A stretch of DNA of 64,000 nt from Acidimicrobiia bacterium. GTDB taxonomy: Bacteria; Actinomycetota; Acidimicrobiia; Spongiisociales; ZC4RG35. The notes under the pieces were generated by a model. It was given only the letters and a program-made list of their open reading frames with translations. It did not search any database and was not told where the DNA came from. Location: the NCBI GenBank assembly GCA_965215185.1, contig OZ244034.1, forward strand, positions 2,336,001 to 2,400,000, given 5' to 3'. The translations under genes were made by a program, and so were the position numbers. Positions 58,517 through 64,000 of this stretch are shown piece by piece. The first letter of the stretch is position 1. Each line of letters opens with the position of its first letter.

Positions 58517-59638
58517 ATGAATCGCGACTGGGTAGATAAGGACTTCTATCAGACCCTGGGGGTCAGCAGATCCAACAGCGCCGAGGAGATCAAGCGCGCT
58601 TATCGTAAGCTCGCCCGGCTCCACCACCCCGACGCCAACCCCGGTGACGACAGCAAAGCGGAGAGGTTCAAGGAGATCTCTGAGGCCTACTCGGTTCTCT
58701 CGGATGCCGAGCGGCGCAAGGAATACGACGAGGTCCGCCGCCTGGTCGAGTCGGGAGGGTATCGACACTTCCCAGGTGTAGGTGGCGGCGGTTCTCCGTT
58801 CGGGGGACAGGTCAATCTGGAAGACCTACTGGGGGGCCTGGGAGGCTTCGGGGATCTGTTCGGACGGGCGGGACGGCAGACGAGGACCGCCAAAGGTGCA
58901 GACCTCACCGCTGAGTTGCAAATCGCCTTCGAAGAATCCCTGGAGGGCCTCACCAGATCCATTGCGGTGAAGGGCCAGGCCACCTGTCCCGACTGTCGGG
59001 GTACGGGAGCTCGGGCAGGCACCATACCCGACATCTGTCCGGCCTGCTCGGGACAGGGCACGAGCGTCCAGAACCAGGGAATGTTTTCGTTCAGCCGACC
59101 CTGCCGCCAGTGCCAAGGCTCGGGAAGGATGATCAAAGACCCCTGTCCGGGGTGTCGGGGAAGAGGAGCCCGCCACCGCACCCGCAAGGTACACGTCAAG
59201 ATTCCCGCCGGCGTCAAGGACGGGAGCCGCTTAAGGATCAGAGGGAAGGGCGCGGCGGGCCAATCCGGTGGACCACCGGGTGATCTGATATTGAAGGTGG
59301 AAGTCGAACGCCACCCACTATTCGAGCGGCGCGGCAACCATCTCAATTTGGTGCTGCCCCTTACCTACAGCGAAGCCGCCCTGGGCGCCACCTTGGAGAT
59401 TCCCACCCTCAACGGGGCCGTCAAGCTGCGGGTTCCACCCGGTACCCCCAACGGCAAGACCTTTCGAATCAGAGGGCGAGGAGTGCCCACCCGCAAGGGC
59501 AAAGCCGGTGACCTACTGGTGGAAGCCAGAGTCCAGATCCCCAAACGTGTCACCACACAGCAGCGGAAACTGCTGGAAAACCTCGCCGAGTTGGATGGCA
59601 ACGATATACGCTCCCATTTTGTGTTGAACAATGAGTAG
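58517..59638 (+). CDS. dnaJ: Chaperone DnaJ
   Basis: HPD motif and four CxxCxGxG repeats. Confidence 0.97.
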   Translation: MNRDWVDKDFYQTLGVSRSNSAEEIKRAYRKLARLHHPDANPGDDSKAERFKEISEAYSVLSDAERRKEYDEVRRLVESGGYRHFPGVGGGGSPFGGQVNLEDLLGGLGGFGDLFGRAGRQTRTAKGADLTAELQIAFEESLEGLTRSIAVKGQATCPDCRGTGARAGTIPDICPACSGQGTSVQNQGMFSFSRPCRQCQGSGRMIKDPCPGCRGRGARHRTRKVHVKIPAGVKDGSRLRIRGKGAAGQSGGPPGDLILKVEVERHPLFERRGNHLNLVLPLTYSEAALGATLEIPTLNGAVKLRVPPGTPNGKTFRIRGRGVPTRKGKAGDLLVEARVQIPKRVTTQQRKLLENLAELDGNDIRSHFVLNNE

Positions 59639-60089
59639 CCGACAGGAAGCCGTGTTCGTGATATCGGTGGCGGCCCGGTTATCGGGCATGCATCCTCAGA
59701 CCTTGCGCATCTACGAACGGCGCGGCCTGTTGTCGCCCTACCGCACCGAGGGAGGCACCCGCCGCTACTCCCAGCAGGACATCGACAGGCTGCTACTCAT
59801 CAGTGAACTCACCTCGGCCGGGCTCAATCTGGAGGGGGCGAAGATGGTGATGGAACTACAGGACCAACTTCTAGAGATACAAAGAGAGAGGCGAAGCCGA
59901 CGACGGCACCGGGAAATATTGGCCAGCACCGCCGGGCGGGCAGTCCAACTGGAAGCAGAAAACAAGCGGCTGCGGGCCAAGATCCGCGAACTCGACGACC
60001 GCTTGGGTGCCGTCTCCGGAGAATTGGAGGGCCTGCGCCGCATCTACTACCAGAACCTGTCGAGCCAAGGCGCGCATGAGCATGGCTAA
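59631..60089 (+). CDS. hspR: Heat-shock repressor HspR (MerR family)
   Basis: ISVAARLSGMHPQTLRIYERRGL, GGTRRYS, GLNLEG; follows dnaJ. Confidence 0.93.
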   Translation: MSSRQEAVFVISVAARLSGMHPQTLRIYERRGLLSPYRTEGGTRRYSQQDIDRLLLISELTSAGLNLEGAKMVMELQDQLLEIQRERRSRRRHREILASTAGRAVQLEAENKRLRAKIRELDDRLGAVSGELEGLRRIYYQNLSSQGAHEHG

Positions 60090-60101
60090 TCTGATAAACC
60101 C

Positions 60102-60383
60102 GTGAGCGACTCCTACCAAGGCATCCTGAGAGTGATGGACCCTAACGGGTTCCTGCTGGACATTGGGTCGGCCGGACTGCAGATCATCAATTCGGCGCGA
60201 AGGACTTGGGGCGGCGAACTCACCGTTTCAAGAGGTTCGTGTCTGGACAGAAAGAGCTTGACCACTTTGGTGGAGACGACCGACGGAACCCGATCACTGG
60301 CTCAGATAGGCCCGACAGACAGATCCGATCCGGGCCGCTTCGTCAAGATGGACGTGGTTGGTCTGGGAGAGGCGCCCTTTTAA
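60102..60383 (+). CDS. Small hypothetical protein
   Basis: Plausible coding frame directly after hspR, ends GLGEAPF. Confidence 0.6.
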   Translation: MSDSYQGILRVMDPNGFLLDIGSAGLQIINSARRTWGGELTVSRGSCLDRKSLTTLVETTDGTRSLAQIGPTDRSDPGRFVKMDVVGLGEAPF

Positions 60384-60510
60384 CCCCGCACCCAAACTGG
60401 GCACCGCCCGCCCACCAACAGCCGGACCGTCGATCAACGCTCGTTCCTAGCGGCCCGGCATCCAGGCCGGGGCTTGATCGGCGTAGTCGTTGTCGATGCT
60501 CCTATGGTTG

Positions 60511-61772
60511 TCAAATCGAGTTTTGGTGGGGTGTGAGGGCGGTGAGCCATTGGTGGTATTGGGTGGCGAGTTGATGGTTGTGGTAGATGCCTCGCTCGAG
60601 TTGTGAGAGGCGTACTGGGTAGGTTTGTAGGGCTGTGGCGGCGTGGGTGAGGGTTGTTAGCGCGTTTTTGCGTAGACAGCGAAGATGGGCGCCGTTGGGA
60701 GTTTCGGGTGGATTGGTGAGCAGGTGGTAGATCTGGCGGGCGATGTGGCGTTTCAGGCAGCGGATGATCTCCCGGCGGTTTTTGCCTTCTGTTTGTCTTT
60801 TTTGGGCGTAGGCGATGGTGGTCTGGTCGTAGCGCATGCGGGTGATGGCGATCCGCCACAGGGCATTGTTGGCTTGGCGGTTGCCGCCCCGGTTGAGACG
60901 GTGGCGTATGGTCCGTCCCGACGACGCCTGGACGGGACTGGCGCCGCACAATGCTGCGAAGGACGCTTCCGATTGCATGCGTTCGGGGTTGTCACCAGCG
61001 GTGACCAACAGGGCAGCGGCGGTGTCGGCGCCGACTCCGGAGGCGGCTAACAGCGCCGGTGTCGGCGCCGACTCCGGAGGCGGCTAACAGCGCCTGGGCG
61101 CAGAGATGGTTGATCTGGGTGGTGAGCTCTTCGATCTCGGCGGTGAGCGCCTGATATCGGCGGGCCAGGGAACGCAGCGCCTTTTTGGCGTAGGTGACGG
61201 TGATGGTGGCTGTTCGGGGACGGAAACCGGCGCAGGCCTTGACGCGGGCTTTGGCCGGCAGTCCCCCCAGTTGGTGTTTGACCTGGTCGGGGGCGGTTAC
61301 CACCAAAGCGTGCAGCTGGTTTATGGCCTGGGTGCGGGCTTTGGTCGCCGAACGGCGGGCCACCGAAAGCATCCGTATTGCTTCCACCCGACCGTTGCCG
61401 CTTTTGGGCACCGCAGTGGCCTGTCCGTTGAGAACCGCCCGTGCCGCTCCTTGGGCGTCGGTGGCGTCGGTCTTGCCCAACCGGCGGCGCAACTGCCGGT
61501 TGGGACGGTTCACCTCTGTCACCTCGACACCGGCCTCGGTTAGATAACGGGCCAGGCCGGCGCCGTAACTGCCCGTGCCCTCTATACCGACCCGGACCAC
61601 TCGACCGTGTGACCCCAACCAGTCGCCCAGTTGCTGATAACCGGCCTGCATCGGCCACGAAGGAGGCTGTTCCCAAGACCCGACCGGTGCTGTCCACCAC
61701 CACCGCCATATGAACATCCCGGTGGGTGTCCACCCCACCAAACACAATCCGATCATCCTTTGACATATGCAT
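60511..61772 (-). pseudogene. IS110 recombinase A2 with C-terminal HTH; frameshift near 61650 and a 37-bp duplication
   Basis: Three frames homologous to A1; tandem 37-mer at 61021-61057 and 61058-61094. Confidence 0.9.
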
Positions 61773-61809
61773 CTTCTCCTCTCAAAGGTAGAATTCGTTT
61801 CTGTTCTCC

Positions 61810-61990
61810 ACTGACCCGAAAAAGCGGTGGACAGACCACTCAGAATGAGGGAGAAGCAAAGCTCCTATCAGGTCACAGCCGCTCTGTCGGGAGAGCACCG
61901 CCCCCAGACCGAAGGCGGGCCGACAGATCGACTCAAAGGCACAATCGGCCAGGTAGCTGTCGGGTCAGACCCGCCCCGGCCTGGGGGCAC
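61810..61990 (-). ncRNA. Putative IS110-A2 bridge RNA (left target guide GACAGCTACC at 61961-61952, right target guide GTCG, donor guides ATAGGAGC and TGAGTG)
   Basis: Guides match the flanks GACAGCTAACC|GAC and the circle junction ATAGGAGCATC|ACTCA; boundaries approximate. Confidence 0.82.
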
Positions 61991-64000
61991 CTATAAGTAT
62001 GAGTGGTTAGCTGTCTCAGGTTGCTGCCATCCGCATACATGACAAAGATCTCATCATCACCGTTAAGATCACTGGTGAAGGCAATTGCATAGCCATCCGG
62101 GGACCACACAGGACCACGGTCATCAGCGTCGTTGTCGGTGAGTCGCTGCTTGTTGGACCCGTCCGCGTCCATCACATAGATCTCATCATCACCGTCACGG
62201 TTACTGGTAAAGGCCACGCGGGTCCGATCCGGTGACCACACCATCCCATCTGCCGGGCTGTAGTTGTTGTCGGCCAAGGCTTGCGGCTCGCCCCCCTCCA
62301 CATTCACTGCGAATAGCCCGAAGTTACGACCGCGGGCATTGGCTACATACAACTGCCCACCATCCAGAAACCAGACAAATCCTTCCACCGAAGTGGTGTC
62401 GTCGGTGAGCTGCCGAACATATCGGCCTTGGTCTCCCACCACAAATACCTCCAGGTCGAAGCCGGAACCCCGACTGGTGAAAGCAATTGTGGCACTGTCG
62501 GGCGCCCAAGTTGGATCCCACACCTGATAGTCACTGTCGGTCATTTGGTACAGGTTGCCGCCAACCGGATCCACCACAAAGATCTCACTGTCCCGGCCCC
62601 GGCTGCCCAGAAAAGCTATCCACATGCCGTTGGGAGACCACACCGGCCCAGTGTCATTGTCGTTGTTGTAGGTGAGTTGCTGCTGATTGGCGCCGTCATC
62701 ATCCATCAGGAGAATCTCGCTTCGGTAGGAGCGGGTGAAGGCGATGGTCTTGCCGTCAGGCGACCAGGCCTGTTCGCTTTCAGCAATGTGGTTGCTGGTG
62801 AGTTGTCGACGCGTCCCACCTTCGGCCTCTACCACGAAGATCTCGGTGTCACTGCCCAAAACGCCCTGATAGGCCACATACTTGCCGTCGGGGGACCATT
62901 CGGGATGGCTGTCCTGGATAGAGTCATCGGTGATTTGCTGTAGGTTGCCACCATCAGAATCCACTACAAAGATGTCTCCATGCAGGGAGAAGGTAATCCG
63001 CTTGCTGTCAGGCGACCACGCCGGATAGGCACCGTGTACAAGGAGGCGCGGGTTTCCGCCGTCCGAATCCATCAGAAAAATATTTGAATGGCTATAGAAG
63101 GCGATGGTTGTGCCGTCAGGCGACCACGCCAACGCCCAATCGCTGTAATCGTTGTCGGTGAGTTGTCGATCGTTAGTACCGTCCGAATCTATCAAGTAGA
63201 TCTCGGCGTTGGGATCTCCCTGAGGGTGACTGTGGTAGGCGATTCGCTTACCATCCGGTGACCAAATCAGGTCATCGATGGAAGCCCTTGGGACAGTTGG
63301 CGCAGATCCCCGCCATCGGCATTAACCACGAAGAGATCCCCCGAAGAGACAAAAGCGACTTGGGTGCCGTCAGGCGACCACGCCGGAAGCCGACCACTGG
63401 CAAGATATTGCTTGCCTTCCCCATCCGCATCAATAGCGAAGATCTCACCCCGGCTGTGGAATACAATTCGAGAACCGTCAGGCGACCACGCCGGGTCGTC
63501 TCCGTGAGTCAGGATTCGGTGATTGCTGCCGTCAGCATCCATTACCACTGCGTCATCATCCTGTCCGCGGGTGTCGTACCTGGTGAAAGCGATCCGCATC
63601 TTGGCTTGTTCAGCAACCGCGTAATCCGCAACCGGCAGGGCAACCAGACCCAGAGAACGGGCCAGGAATGTGGCCATCTCCCCTCGGGTCACCGGAACCT
63701 CGGGACAGAATCTCGCCGGGTCAGTGGCACACCCTCGCGTAACATTGGCGGCCGCCAAAGAGTCGATGCTCCCCGCGTGAGTGTTGCCCACGGTGTCAAC
63801 AAACCGGCGGAAGCAGCGGGGCGCAGACCCATGGCGCGGACGAGGAATGTTGCCATCTGCCCACGACTCACGAAAGCATCGGGACAGAACTTCTCCGGAT
63901 CGGCGCTGCGACCTTTGGTTAGACCCAACTCGGCCAGCCTTTCCACATACGGTGCCCACCACTGTCCGGCGTCCACATCCGCGAATCGCGAGGAAATCAC

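Larger units (their letters stand above)
60495..62004 (-). mobile_element. IS110-family element A2, both ends intact, recombinase inactivated
   Basis: Left end ACTCATACTTATAGG, right end TTGACAACCATAGGAGCATC; exact removal restores the host frame. Confidence 0.93.
60447..64000 (-). pseudogene. SLH plus TolB/PD40-repeat surface protein, frameshifted near 63800 and 63280 and interrupted by IS110-A2
   Basis: Three track ORFs are consecutive pieces; removing 60495-62004 restores ...RQLT|DNDYADQAPAWMPGR* ending at 60447. Confidence 0.88.

Overview
GC-rich actinobacterial DNA. The Cys-containing SLH domains, dnaK-grpE-dnaJ-hspR operon and LRR/cadherin/TolB surface proteins suggest Acidimicrobiia, possibly host-associated (inference). 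Layout: (1) 1-2.5 kb, a large SLH/Calx-beta-like/PPC surface protein with identical 327-bp repeats that runs off the window start. (2) 3-10 kb, a nested pile of insertion sequences (IS3 > IS110-D > IS256 > IS110-A1 > IS110-B1 and B2 > IS110-C). (3) 10-41 kb, a catabolic cluster: three acyl-CoA ligases, four LLM monooxygenases, P450, a two-subunit B12 acyl-CoA mutase with atypical specificity residues, Opp-type ABC transporter, amidase and hydantoinase/oxoprolinase. (4) tRNA-Gly, SLH-M16 peptidase, dcd, LigD-Pol, ECF sigma-ogt, a UGSC selenoprotein, msrB and the dnaK operon. (5) A TolB-repeat pseudogene split by IS110-A2. Main observation: five IS110 non-coding left ends can be read as bridge RNAs, and each target guide matches that element's own insertion site. 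Three guides are programmed against other IS110 elements. B1 targets the donor-binding loop of the A-type bridge RNA. B2 targets the A-type right end. C targets the TTGACA -35 box in IS110 right ends. This looks like an RNA-guided IS110-on-IS110 hyperparasitism chain. All alignments were done by eye and no database searches were run.
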